In this document: one piece after another, positions 35,454 through 46,079 of the stretch
Numbering within the stretch: the stretch's first letter is position 1
Layout of the letters: each line of letters begins with the position of its first letter
Sequence record: SRR31156797_1235
Direction: 5' to 3' (one strand)
DNA: 64,000 nt
Translations under genes and position numbers: made by a program
The notes under the pieces: generated by a model
Told to the model about the DNA's origin: nothing
The model's database searches: none
Seen by the model: only the letters and a program-made list of their open reading frames with translations

Positions 35454-35801
35454 TCACTTGTTTTCATTTTTTTTGGCTATTTTTTTGATTGTGAACTGAG
35501 AATCAGGCAGCTCTCCTGCGGCAATACTGGCAGCAATCAGGGCGACTCGCTTAAATTCAGGATTGCGTTTCTCAATTCTTCGAATGATAAACTGACTTTC
35601 AGGGTAACATTCAGCCCCTAGTGCGGCGGCTATCAGACTGACTAATGGATAATCTTCTGCAGGCGCTGGCTGATAGCTCGACACTTCTTGCCAATCAGAC
35701 ACGGGTGGATCCGTTATCATTTCCTGGGGCTTCAAAGGGGAGCTGACAGGCGCATCAGGTTCATCATGCGTTTTTTTGAACAATCTTTTAATAAGATTCA
35801 T
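35454..35801 (-). CDS. oadH: OAD complex accessory subunit
   Basis: First gene of the oadHDB-citCDEFX operon; repeated VSLIAAAL/VALIAASIAAG..SQF motif. Confidence 0.75.
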   Translation of the reverse strand: MNLIKRLFKKTHDEPDAPVSSPLKPQEMITDPPVSDWQEVSSYQPAPAEDYPLVSLIAAALGAECYPESQFIIRRIEKRNPEFKRVALIAASIAAGELPDSQFTIKKIAKKNENK

Positions 35802-35878
35802 GGGTTTCTCCTTTCTCAATGATTCGTTCCCTTTCATTATAGAAATTCCCGTTCAATCAGCGAGATTTATTTCGACTG

Positions 35879-36204
35879 AAAATTGTTTTTTCAGTGTTCC
35901 TTTTTTGGAAAAAGAGCAAAAAACCTTAGTAAACGTTGATTTATCAAGGTTTTTCTTGCGTTAATATTCTATTAAGAACTTTTTAAACGAAAAATAAGAT
36001 TTGAAAAGAGAAATTGTTTTTTTGCTGTTCTTTTTTTAAACGGGTCTTTTTTTCTATTTCTTGATTGTTTATTCTTAGACGTGTAAAGCATTCAATAACA
36101 TTATTTCCTTTAAGAAAAGAAAAAGATTCACAAACTAGTGACGCTTGTCGCTAACAAATTACGGGCCTGTAATTTTTTTAAAATGTTTTTTGATAACGCT
36201 TACA
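35879..36204. promoter_or_regulatory. Divergent cit control region with a direct repeat (candidate CitO sites) and a cre site
   Basis: aaattgttttttcagtgttcctttttt (~35880) resembles aaattgtttttttgctgttcttttttt (~36011); TGATAACGCTTACA (36191-36204) fits the cre consensus. Confidence 0.55.
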
Positions 36205-36232
36205 CATTTCGATGCATGAAAGGAAGAAGAAA

Positions 36233-37579
36233 ATGTTCTTAACGATTTTATCCTATGCTATGATTATTGTCTTCATGTTCGTCATCATGAAGAAAAAAAT
36301 GTCACCCTTTACATCCTTAGTAATTATCCCATTACTATTTACCCTCGTTGCGATGGTTGCTGGTGTTTCAGAAAAAGGCAATATCGGTGATTTTGTCCTT
36401 GAGGGAATCTCCACCACAGCCAACACAGGGATCATGTTGCTGTTTGCAATTTTGTACTTTTCCATTATGTTGGATGCGGGATTGTTTGATCCAATCACGA
36501 AAAAAATGATTTATTTTGCTAAAGGCGATCCGATGAAAGTCTTGATGGCAACGGCAGTCGTTGCCGCTGCAGTCTCTTTGAACGGTGATGGAACGACCAC
36601 GACCTTGATCTGTTGTTCTGCGTTTATTCCCATTTATAAGAAGTTGAATATGAAAATGATGAACCTTGGTGTCTTGATCATTTTGCAAAACACCATCATG
36701 AACTTGTTGCCATGGGGCGGACCGACTGCTCGGGCAATGGCCGTGCTGGAAGTTGATGCGGATATTCTTTCTTATCTGCTGCCAGGAATGATTTTGTCTC
36801 TGCTCTATGTGGTTTTCTTTGTAGCTCGCAGAATGGGGATCCAAGAACGGAAACGTTTGGGAGTTACCGAGCTGACGAACGATGAGATTTTAGAAATGAC
36901 GACTGTGACTGATCCTGATACATTAGCGATTCGCCGTCCGAAAAACTTTGTCTTCAACGGTATCTTAACGATCGTCTTGATTGGCTGGTTAGTAGCAAGC
37001 TCCTTTATTTCTAGTATCGCTTTACCGCCAATCTTGTTATTCCTAGTAGGTACGTGTATCGCATTGATGGTCAACTACCCAATCTTGAAAGACCAGTCGT
37101 CACGGATCGGTGCCAACGGTGGTGACGCCGTGCAAGTCGTAATTTTAGTTTTTGCAGCAGGCGTCTTCATGGGCTTGTTCCAAGGCTCAGGGATGGCAAC
37201 GGCTTTGGCGAATAGCTTCACGCAAATCATCCCTAAACAATTGGCTGGTTTCTGGGGATTAGTCATTGCCCTGATTTCTGCACCTGGGACCTTCTTTATT
37301 TCCAATGACGGATTTTACTTTGGGGTCCTGCCAGTCTTAGCAGAAGCAGGTCGTTCGTATGGTTTCACCAATATGCAGATGGCCTTAGCCTCTTTAATGG
37401 GCCAAGCGTTCCACTTGTTAAGTCCATTGGTTGCCTTCATCTACTTGCTGTTGCGCTTGACGGGCTTAGATATGGGACAATGGCAAAAAGAAGCTGCGAA
37501 ATACGCACTGGGGATTTTCGTGATCTTCGTCGTTACGATCGTGCTATTAGGTCACATGCCGTTTTATATTCCACAGTAA
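36233..37579 (+). CDS. citH: CitMHS-family citrate-metal transporter
   Basis: LFAILYFSIMLDAGLFDP, GDGTTT, NLLPWGGP. Confidence 0.92.
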   Translation: MFLTILSYAMIIVFMFVIMKKKMSPFTSLVIIPLLFTLVAMVAGVSEKGNIGDFVLEGISTTANTGIMLLFAILYFSIMLDAGLFDPITKKMIYFAKGDPMKVLMATAVVAAAVSLNGDGTTTTLICCSAFIPIYKKLNMKMMNLGVLIILQNTIMNLLPWGGPTARAMAVLEVDADILSYLLPGMILSLLYVVFFVARRMGIQERKRLGVTELTNDEILEMTTVTDPDTLAIRRPKNFVFNGILTIVLIGWLVASSFISSIALPPILLFLVGTCIALMVNYPILKDQSSRIGANGGDAVQVVILVFAAGVFMGLFQGSGMATALANSFTQIIPKQLAGFWGLVIALISAPGTFFISNDGFYFGVLPVLAEAGRSYGFTNMQMALASLMGQAFHLLSPLVAFIYLLLRLTGLDMGQWQKEAAKYALGIFVIFVVTIVLLGHMPFYIPQ

Positions 37580-37695
37580 TTTCATACAGAAACTATCGAG
37601 CAGGCTGCCATTTTGCTCGGTAGTTTTCCTTGTTTATCGATAAACTTATTTTTTCCCAAAAATCTCATTTGTTTTTAGTATGATAGGAGTAAATC

Positions 37696-38391
37696 ATGAA
37701 TCCAATTATTGATGCAGTAAATAAAAATCTGGATCTGACCAAAAATAAACCATTAAAAGATTTGATCTATGAAGCATTCAAAAAAACCATCATTTTAGGA
37801 GATATTCCCGCAGGCTCTCGCATCAATGAGAAAGAATTTTCCGATACGCTAAATATCAGCCGAACCCCGATTCGTTACGCCATGACTCAGCTCGTGGCTG
37901 AAAAACTGGTGGAGCATGTGCCAAAAATCGGCATCGTCGTAAAAGGGATCAGTATCAAAGATGCTTATGAGATTTACGATATCCGCAAATCATTGGATAC
38001 GTTAGCGACCATCAAAGCGATGGACTTGATGACTGAGGAAGATTTCCAGGAGATGCGCTGCTTGTTAGAACATGGCGAACAGCTGAATCGTGAGGATGAT
38101 GTGGATGGGGTCTTGAAAAACTTTTCGGACTTCAATGCGTTTATTTACGAAAAAAGTCAAATGCTGCGGTTAAAAAGTATCGTGCTGGATCTGCAAGCGT
38201 ACCTCGTGTATTTTCGTGACATTGCGATTCGCTCTTCTAGAAGAAGGGATGCGGCATTGGCGGAACATTGGCTGATTTATCGCGGCATGAGAACCAATGA
38301 CACGGAACAGATCACGTTGTTGACCCATGAACATTTGGATCACTCCCTGCAATTTATTCTTGCTGAAATGGAGCGAAGAAAAATTGACTGA
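37696..38391 (+). CDS. citO: GntR/FCD-family citrate regulator
   Basis: GSRINEKEFSDTLNISRTPIRYA; directly follows citH. Confidence 0.88.
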   Translation: MNPIIDAVNKNLDLTKNKPLKDLIYEAFKKTIILGDIPAGSRINEKEFSDTLNISRTPIRYAMTQLVAEKLVEHVPKIGIVVKGISIKDAYEIYDIRKSLDTLATIKAMDLMTEEDFQEMRCLLEHGEQLNREDDVDGVLKNFSDFNAFIYEKSQMLRLKSIVLDLQAYLVYFRDIAIRSSRRRDAALAEHWLIYRGMRTNDTEQITLLTHEHLDHSLQFILAEMERRKID

Positions 38392-39247
38392 TTCCCGTCT
38401 TTTTACCGCCAGCAGCTATGCAGTCAATGCGCTGCATTATGAGGTAGCGTTAGCACCCAAGCCTGGTTTAGTAGATCCTTGCTCCTCTGGTGCGCATCAG
38501 GACATGAATGTGTTTACCTTTATCAACAGTATCACTTGTTTGGCGCCTTTTTTTCAGCGCTATAGCCAAGCTGGCTTTGCCCATACAGGCGCCCTGATCC
38601 AGCTGTTTGACCAGTTACGTGGGATCGGTCAAGAAGCAGAAGAAGCGATGCTTCAGGCAACCAAAGGCATCAATACCCACAAAGGGGCGAACTTTTCCTT
38701 TGCAGTTTTGTTGGGGGCGACAGGAGTCTATTATCAACAGCATGACAAGGCTGTGCTGACGGCTGAAGATACTAATCAGATCCTGCAGCTTGCCGCCGAC
38801 ATCTGCCAGCATTTGGTCAAGCAAGACCTGCAGCAAATCACCCACAAAGACCAGTTGTCTTACGGAGAAAAAAATTATTTAACCTACGGCACGATGGGGA
38901 TTCGTGGAGAAGCCGCAGCTGGTTATCCAACGGTTAAAAAACTGCTGGAGTACTTACGGCAGCAACCACAAAAAACCTCCGTTTCCTTGTTGCGAGGGTT
39001 GGTCTATCTAATGAGTGAAACCGAAGACAGCAACCTCGTCCACCGAGGCGGCTACGAGGCGATGAAGACCGTGCAGCAGGAAATGCAAAAAATTCACCAA
39101 GCCAATCTGTCGGATACAGACTTGCTTCGTGAATTAACGACCTATGATCAATTGTTGATCGCACGCCATTTGAGTCCCGGCGGCTCGGCGGATCTTTTAG
39201 CCTTGGCCCTTTATTTCTTGCAGCTAGAAGGCGTCTCCTTCTGGTAA
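38384..39247 (+). CDS. citG: Triphosphoribosyl-dephospho-CoA synthase
   Basis: PKPGLVDP..GAHQDM, GINTHKGANF, GIRGEA, LSPGGSADLLA; TTG start overlapping the citO stop. Confidence 0.94.
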   Translation: MTDSRLFTASSYAVNALHYEVALAPKPGLVDPCSSGAHQDMNVFTFINSITCLAPFFQRYSQAGFAHTGALIQLFDQLRGIGQEAEEAMLQATKGINTHKGANFSFAVLLGATGVYYQQHDKAVLTAEDTNQILQLAADICQHLVKQDLQQITHKDQLSYGEKNYLTYGTMGIRGEAAAGYPTVKKLLEYLRQQPQKTSVSLLRGLVYLMSETEDSNLVHRGGYEAMKTVQQEMQKIHQANLSDTDLLRELTTYDQLLIARHLSPGGSADLLALALYFLQLEGVSFW

Positions 39248-39940
39248 AAAGGTATAGCCGATCCCCCAAACGGTTTTCAAAAAACGGGCTTGCTTCGGCT
39301 CATCTTCAATTTTGTTTCGCAGATGATTGATAAAAACCATCACGGTATTGGCATCGAATTGGCCATCTTGCCAAACATTGCTGTAAATCTGTTCTTTCGA
39401 GAACACTTGATCCGGATTTTCCATGAAAAAGCGCATCAGCATGATTTCTTTTGAAGACAACTTGATGGGCTGGTCATTTTTGAAAAACTGATAGCGTTTT
39501 TGGTCAAAACGAAACATGCCGCTGCACAGATCCCCTTCCGGTTTGGCGATCCCTTTTTCTCGCAGCACGTTGCGGCGATCAAGAATCGAAACGATTTGTG
39601 CTTTTAAGAGTGCCGGTGAAAAAGGCTTCGTAATGTAGTGATCGGCACCGATCTCATAGCCGTTGATCATATCTTTTTCGTCACTTTTACCGCTCAAAAA
39701 GACGATCGGCACCGTGGGGTTTTCTTCTCGAATCAGTTGTGCCAAATGATAGCCGTCATTTTCATGCTCCAAACTGATATCCAGTAAAAAAAGATCAAAG
39801 CTGACACGAGAGTTGATCGCAATCGTTTTTTCAACGGAATCGGTCTGGTAGATCAGAATACCCGTCGACTGTAAAGATTTCCAAATCAGCCGCCGAATGG
39901 CAGGGTCATCATCAACGATTAAAATTTTTTCATCTCGCAA
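39224..39940 (-). CDS. OmpR-family response regulator
   Basis: ILIVDDD, LLDISL, GADHYITKPF, LKTVWGIGY; TTG start after GGAGG. Confidence 0.93.
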   Translation of the reverse strand: MRDEKILIVDDDPAIRRLIWKSLQSTGILIYQTDSVEKTIAINSRVSFDLFLLDISLEHENDGYHLAQLIREENPTVPIVFLSGKSDEKDMINGYEIGADHYITKPFSPALLKAQIVSILDRRNVLREKGIAKPEGDLCSGMFRFDQKRYQFFKNDQPIKLSSKEIMLMRFFMENPDQVFSKEQIYSNVWQDGQFDANTVMVFINHLRNKIEDEPKQARFLKTVWGIGYTFLPEGDAF

Positions 39941-39993
39941 AATATCCGCCTCCTGTATCAATAGTATTATAGTAAATATGAAAGGGGTTTACA

Positions 39994-41799
39994 ATGAAAC
40001 CGCCATCAAAGTTTTGGCTGTATTTAAGTGTGGTCGCTACCTTATTCATTACACTGATTGGACTTATTTTTACCTTTACAAGTTATAAAAGCGCACAAAG
40101 ACAAGCTGAAACCGTCGGGTTGCGGCAGTTGGAAACGGTCAATCAAGCGGCGATCAAGCTGATCAGCCGCAGTATCGAATCGTACCACATGGCTCTTACC
40201 AATTATGCCGATGACCACCTCGAAGGCGCCGCCTTGGCTGATTTGCAGCGCCCCTTAACGTTACCAGTGATCAATTCTGCGAACAATGCCATGGTCGGAT
40301 TGTTTTTGATCGACCAACAAGGTCAGGTCATCGCCCAAAATACCGCAACGTCTATAAATAAACCACAAGATCCAACGATGCAGGAACTGTTATTTAAAGA
40401 TCCATCCTTAGACAAAGTATTGGCGGGTCGGCAGGTACAAAATGGGCAAGTCTATTTCGATGGTAAAGAGGCCTATTTAAATGTGTATCAGTCCCTAACC
40501 CTTGACGACAAAGAAGCGGTTCTTGTGATGCCTTTGAATCTGCAGCGCATGTATCATCATGAATTTACCACCGATCGCAATGTTTCCGGCTATACGATGG
40601 TCAAAAACGCCGATATGCGGATCGTTATGCACCCATCGGACGAACAAATTGGTTTTTCCATCGTTGAGAGCCGCAAAAAAGAATTTCCAGAGCTGGATTT
40701 CACCGATCTTGAGCGCTTGGAGCAAGAACAAATCGACAATGAAGAAGGCACCTCCGTCTATTATTCTTATTGGTGGAACGAAGAAACACTGCAAAAAGTG
40801 CTGAAATTGGCTGCTTATCAATGGATCACCATCGGCGACAGTCGGCTGATCGTCGCCAGCAATGCCGATTTTTTGGAGCAAAGCGGTCTCTTCTTACAAG
40901 ACAACTTGATTTTGATCGGCCTGCTGGGTTTGTTGTTTGTCATTATGATTTTATTGACTGTACTGATCAAAAACTACATGAAACGCAATCAAGCCTATGT
41001 CGAAAACCAAGCATTGAAAGAACGACAACGGCTGTTAAAAGAAAAGCACGAAATCGAAAAAAACATTTTGCAAGAATCAAAACTGGAAACCATTGGCTTG
41101 CTAACGACCTCAATCGTCCATGACCTAAACAACTTTTTGACGCCTATGATTGGTCATCTGCAATTGCTGATCGAGGAAAACCAACACGATGAAGTCTTAG
41201 TGGAGGACTTGCAAGAAGTCTGCAAAGCGGCGGAAAAAGGCAAAGAGTTATCCAGCAATGTGCTGCGTTTTTCGAAACTCGAAAGTGCCGATAAAACTGT
41301 GCAGTCGATTGCTACTACCTTGACAGAAGCCATCGATACTATGCGCGCACTGTTGCCAAAAGCCTTTTCCCTTACGTATGATATCCAAGAAGTAGGATAT
41401 GCCGTCTACGAGAAGATCGATCTGCAAGTCATCATTTACAATTTGTTGATGAATGTGTACCAAGCAAATGCCGATTGCAGCATTCGATTGAGTCACACTT
41501 CGACAGAGAGCGCCACCTTTCCGTTTCGTAAGCAAGCTTTCTCCGCACAACAGGAGTTTGCTTTGATCGAAATCGTCGACAACGGTCCCGGCATACCAGA
41601 AGCAATCCAAGAAAAAATCTTTACCCGCTTTTTCACGACCAAGAGTGCCACTGGCGGTACTGGTCTAGGACTCTTTACTGTCTCTTCGATCGTGGAAAAA
41701 AACGACTGGTTGATCGATGTTACAAGTACGCCTAAAGGAACCACCTTTTATATTGGTATTCCTCTAACTGATCCCGAAAAAGCCACTGAACCCAACTGA
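39994..41799 (+). CDS. Sensor histidine kinase with an extracellular Cache-like domain
   Basis: Two TM; IVHDLNNFLT (H box), NLLMN, DNGPGI, FFTTK, GTGLGL. Confidence 0.92.
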   Translation: MKPPSKFWLYLSVVATLFITLIGLIFTFTSYKSAQRQAETVGLRQLETVNQAAIKLISRSIESYHMALTNYADDHLEGAALADLQRPLTLPVINSANNAMVGLFLIDQQGQVIAQNTATSINKPQDPTMQELLFKDPSLDKVLAGRQVQNGQVYFDGKEAYLNVYQSLTLDDKEAVLVMPLNLQRMYHHEFTTDRNVSGYTMVKNADMRIVMHPSDEQIGFSIVESRKKEFPELDFTDLERLEQEQIDNEEGTSVYYSYWWNEETLQKVLKLAAYQWITIGDSRLIVASNADFLEQSGLFLQDNLILIGLLGLLFVIMILLTVLIKNYMKRNQAYVENQALKERQRLLKEKHEIEKNILQESKLETIGLLTTSIVHDLNNFLTPMIGHLQLLIEENQHDEVLVEDLQEVCKAAEKGKELSSNVLRFSKLESADKTVQSIATTLTEAIDTMRALLPKAFSLTYDIQEVGYAVYEKIDLQVIIYNLLMNVYQANADCSIRLSHTSTESATFPFRKQAFSAQQEFALIEIVDNGPGIPEAIQEKIFTRFFTTKSATGGTGLGLFTVSSIVEKNDWLIDVTSTPKGTTFYIGIPLTDPEKATEPN

Positions 41800-41814
41800 T
41801 CCAATGGGATGGTT

Positions 41815-42234
41815 TCAGTGGTCTTTTTCTTGGGCATGCTGGAAGGCATTGATTTTTTGCAGGACTAGCAAGACCAGTACCAAGACAAAAATCGCTAGAG
41901 CAAAAAATAGGGCATCGTTCGCCATGCCTTGCGTCAGCAATAGCTCGCGCAAAATCGCAGTAATACTGATCAAAATCAAGTAACGGACGGGAATATGGTG
42001 TCCGTCCTTCATATACCGCAGCAACATCAAAATGATTTCTAACAAAATGAATAACGTGGCAATTTCTTCAATCAAAAAGGACAGGTGGGGCGCTTCACTT
42101 AAAGGAAAGAGCGTCGTGCTGATCATAAAAATCGCTTTTCCCATAAAAATCAAGACGACAACGACTAAGATCGCTAACATGCTATCAATACAGATACTGA
42201 TCACTCGCTCGAACATCCGGGTCAATTTTTCCAT
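41815..42234 (-). CDS. psiE: PsiE-family membrane protein
   Basis: HIPVRYLILISITAILR signature; 4 TM. Confidence 0.8.
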   Translation of the reverse strand: MEKLTRMFERVISICIDSMLAILVVVVLIFMGKAIFMISTTLFPLSEAPHLSFLIEEIATLFILLEIILMLLRYMKDGHHIPVRYLILISITAILRELLLTQGMANDALFFALAIFVLVLVLLVLQKINAFQHAQEKDH

Positions 42235-42715
42235 TTGCCACTCCATTTCTGCTTTTTCTTTTATTATACAAAAGAAGGCGCAGGACAAAGGGAAAAGAAC
42301 AGTGAAAGAACAATCGCGGCAATATCTTTTTGACCGCGAACTTAACGGTCATTCTATGAGCGGGACCTTTGTGGCAGCTTTGAATAGCAGAAATTAGCGA
42401 GGGAAATATAGTATCTTTTTCCGATAAAATTAGAAAAAAATGAGAATGAATAGTTAAAATATACACAAATTATTACGAGACACTTAGTTTCTTTTTTTGT
42501 TACAATGGTTAAATAAAATAGAACTCTGTTGAAATGTTGCTTAAACAATGTTTTTATCGCTATCGAATGGAAAAATAGTCCGATCGCAAGATGTTTACCA
42601 TTGTTAATAAAGTAACAAGTTAAGCGGGGTTCGCAAGAAAAATGCTTCTTTTCTCATCATATATGACGGGGATCAGTGAGGAGAAAAGGGCAAAAAGAAA
42701 AACGGAGGGAAACAA

Positions 42716-44239
42716 ATGAAAAAAAGTGGATGGTCAAAATGGGTGATTGGGGCAGCCTCATTATTGTTGCTTAGTGCATGTGGTGCCGATGGCGGAACAA
42801 AAGCCAGCAGCAGTGCGGCAAGCTCTTCTTCAGAAAGTGAAGTCACTTCAGGTGCTTCCCAACAAGAGTATACCGATCCAGCAGAGTTAAAAGATCAATA
42901 TGATATCGTCATCGTTGGTGCTGGCGGTGCAGGGATGGCAGCAGCCTTGTCGGCTAAAGATGCTGGAATGAATCCAGTCATTTTAGAAAAAATGCCGATC
43001 GCAGGCGGAAATACCTTGAAATCTTCTGGCGGAATGAACGCATCAGAAACCAAGTTCCAAGAAGCCCAAGGCATTGAAGATTCCAATGAACTATTTTTTG
43101 AAGATACACTAAAAGGTGGTAAAGGAACCAACGATCAAGATCTGCTGCATTATTTAGTAGACAACTCTGCTTCAGCGATTGATTGGTTGGATTCAATGGG
43201 GATCACTTTAGACAATATCAGCTATAGCGGTGGTGCCAGTGTAAAACGGATCCATCGTCCTCATGACGGTTCAGCAGTCGGTACGTATTTGGTGGATGGC
43301 CTGTTGAGAAACATTCATGAGCAAGAAATTCCTTTATTTGTAAATGCTGATGTGACAAAAATCAATGAAACAGACGGCAAAGTCACTGGCGTCAACGTGA
43401 AAATCAATGGCGAAGAAAAAGAAATCGCTGGTGATGCAGTTGTTGTTACTACTGGTGGTTTTGGCTCCAACAAAGAACTGATCGAAAAATACCGTCCAGA
43501 TCTGAAAGGCTATGTCAGCACGACTTCTGAAGGAAGTACAGGCGATGGTATCAAGATGATCGAAGAATTAGGCGGCGCAACGGTTGATATGGATCAAATC
43601 CAAGTCCATCCAACAGTGGTTCAAGATACAGGGATGTTGATCAGTGAAACCGTTCGTGGAGAAGGCGCCATCTTGGTGAACCAACAAGGAGAACGTTTCT
43701 ACAATGAATTAGAAACCCGCGACAATGTTTCAGCTGCCATCACAGATCTGCCAGAAAGCTATGCCTACTTGATTTTTGACAATGCGTTAGCAGGTAGAGC
43801 CAAACAAGTCGATTACTACAAAGAACAAGGTGTAGTGGTAGAAGCTGACACCATCGAAGCGTTAGGTGAAAAAATTGATGTCGATCCAGCAACCTTGAAG
43901 AAAACTTTAGATACATGGAACCAAGCAGTGGCAGACAAAGCCGACAAAGATTTCGGTCGTGAAACGGCGATGGACTATGATTTGACGGAAGGACCATTCT
44001 ATGCGATTCAAATTGCACCTGGGATCCACCATACAATGGGCGGCGTCAAGATCAATACGAAGACCCAAGTGTTGAAAGAAGATGGCACACCAATCACTGG
44101 CTTGTATGCAGCAGGTGAAGTGACCGGCGGTATCCACGGACAAAATCGAATCGGCGGCAATGCTGTAGCCGACATTATGGTCTTTGGTCGCCAAGCAGGC
44201 GCGCAATCCTCTGACTATGTGAAAGAAAATGGGAAATAG
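42716..44239 (+). CDS. Flavocytochrome-c-family reductase lipoprotein (fumarate reductase FrdA-like)
   Basis: Lipobox LSAC; GAGGAG; QVHPT; SETVRGEG; HHTMGG; HGQNRIGGNA; N-terminal TSGAS. Confidence 0.88.
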   Translation: MKKSGWSKWVIGAASLLLLSACGADGGTKASSSAASSSSESEVTSGASQQEYTDPAELKDQYDIVIVGAGGAGMAAALSAKDAGMNPVILEKMPIAGGNTLKSSGGMNASETKFQEAQGIEDSNELFFEDTLKGGKGTNDQDLLHYLVDNSASAIDWLDSMGITLDNISYSGGASVKRIHRPHDGSAVGTYLVDGLLRNIHEQEIPLFVNADVTKINETDGKVTGVNVKINGEEKEIAGDAVVVTTGGFGSNKELIEKYRPDLKGYVSTTSEGSTGDGIKMIEELGGATVDMDQIQVHPTVVQDTGMLISETVRGEGAILVNQQGERFYNELETRDNVSAAITDLPESYAYLIFDNALAGRAKQVDYYKEQGVVVEADTIEALGEKIDVDPATLKKTLDTWNQAVADKADKDFGRETAMDYDLTEGPFYAIQIAPGIHHTMGGVKINTKTQVLKEDGTPITGLYAAGEVTGGIHGQNRIGGNAVADIMVFGRQAGAQSSDYVKENGK

Positions 44240-44516
44240 GCGGCTGTTTTTTCCTAAAAAAGATCGTCTATAAAGAAAGAAACTTGGAACGAATCCTCTT
44301 AAGTGATTAGGAGGAGAATCGTTTCAAGTTTTTTTGTATTTCTCACTGAAAGGACGGAAAACTAGTCATTATAATCTTATAATGATTAAGTCGTTTATCA
44401 TACATATATAAATAAACTATTTATAAATGTAGGGTTTGCTTTTCAATGAATCGGAATCAAGGAATAAACGGATAGGATTGGTTTATTCGATGATAAAAAA
44501 TTTTAGGAGGCAGAGT

Positions 44517-45899
44517 ATGAAAAACGCATTGGTAAAATGGTCGGTCGGGGTGGCAATCTTACTTGGAGGGACCTTGTTCTTCACGGGGAAACAAGTATTT
44601 GCTCATGGTTATGTGGAATCACCGGTCAGTCGGGGCTATCAAGGGTCTTTGGATCGCAATACGTTAGGGTGGAGCGCTGCGTTTGAAAAATATGGCAATG
44701 TCATTTCAAACCCACAATCATTGGAAACCAAAAAGGGCTTTCCAGAAGCAGGACCAGTAGATGGTCGTATCGCTTCGGCAGATGGTGGACTCGGACAAAT
44801 CGGGGACTTTGTTCTTGATGAACAAGGAACCAATCGTTGGACCAAACAAGACATCAATCAAGGACCATTGCGGGTCAATTGGCACTATACAGCGCCTCAC
44901 AAGACCACAAAATGGCATTACTATATCACGAAACCAGGTTGGGATCAAAACGCGCCACTTTCAAGAGATAGCTTGGAATTGATCGCTACTGTGAATCACG
45001 ATGGTTCGGCTGCCAGCAATAGCCCAAGCCATACCATTACCATTCCAGAAAATCGTCTCGGTTACCATGTCATTTTAGCGGTCTGGGATGTTGCCGATAC
45101 GCCAAATGCCTTTTATAACGTGATCGACGTCAACGTTTCCGGCTCAACGGTCATTCCCGAAAAACCAGCAGCACCGGCAAATGTCCGCTCAGAACGAGTG
45201 ACTAGCAGCACGGTGGCTTTAGCATGGAACGGTCAAACCGATGCGAAAGAATACAACGTGTATCGCGATGGTGCCTTAGTGGCAACGACTACTGAGCCAA
45301 CTTTTACCGACACACAATTAAAAGCCAACACAACCTATAGCTATCAAGTAGAAGCAGTCGGCTTTACTGCGTTAGTTTCAGAAAAAAGTGCTGCAGTGAA
45401 AGTGACTACCTCAGCAGACAATCAAGTCGAAACCCCTTCGACACCAGGCAACCTGCACCAAATGAGCGTGACAGACAGCAGCGTTTCCTTAATGTGGCAA
45501 GCATCGACTCATACAAATGGGATCGCTGGATATGACGTTTACCGCAATGGCGTCAAAATTGCTACGGCCACAGGAACAACCTATGAAGACACGAATCTAG
45601 CAGCGGATACAACCTACAATTACCAAATCAAAGCAATCAGCAAAACGGGCGAACAATCCGCTTTCAGTAACCAGCTGAGCGTGAAAACCAATGCCAAAGA
45701 AGAAACGGAAACACCTGGAGGCGGGGAGTCAGAATACCGTGTGTGGAAACTAGGTACATTCTCTGCACCAGAAGTGTATACAAGTGGTGAAATCGTGAGC
45801 CATAAAGGCAGCAATTATGTCGTGATTAACACCCACTCAAATTACGGGGACACCACTTGGTCTCCTGATCAAGCACCAACCTTGTTTAAGAAGCTGTAA
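44517..45899 (+). CDS. AA10 lytic polysaccharide monooxygenase with two FN3 domains and a C-terminal CBM
   Basis: Signal peptide ending VFA then HGYVESP (His1); WHYTAPHKT; NAFYNVIDV; two YxVYRxG FN3 repeats. Confidence 0.93.
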   Translation: MKNALVKWSVGVAILLGGTLFFTGKQVFAHGYVESPVSRGYQGSLDRNTLGWSAAFEKYGNVISNPQSLETKKGFPEAGPVDGRIASADGGLGQIGDFVLDEQGTNRWTKQDINQGPLRVNWHYTAPHKTTKWHYYITKPGWDQNAPLSRDSLELIATVNHDGSAASNSPSHTITIPENRLGYHVILAVWDVADTPNAFYNVIDVNVSGSTVIPEKPAAPANVRSERVTSSTVALAWNGQTDAKEYNVYRDGALVATTTEPTFTDTQLKANTTYSYQVEAVGFTALVSEKSAAVKVTTSADNQVETPSTPGNLHQMSVTDSSVSLMWQASTHTNGIAGYDVYRNGVKIATATGTTYEDTNLAADTTYNYQIKAISKTGEQSAFSNQLSVKTNAKEETETPGGGESEYRVWKLGTFSAPEVYTSGEIVSHKGSNYVVINTHSNYGDTTWSPDQAPTLFKKL

Positions 45900-46024
45900 C
45901 CCTTGAATGAATCAGGAAAGCAAGAGCAGTGCGGAGGCACTGCTCTTTTTGGCTCTTTTATGAGTGAATGGCTGAATCTTTGTTCGATTCGTGCAACCAA
46001 TTGGACGAATTCGTTTGAGGAATG

Positions 46025-46072
46025 CAAAAACAGGTGCTGCTATGCATCATGCGTAGCAGCACCTGTTTTTTG
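46025..46072. terminator. Bidirectional terminator
   Basis: aaaaacaggtgctgctatgcatcatgcgtagcagcacctgtttttt. Confidence 0.75.
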
Positions 46073-46079
46073 TTTTAGA

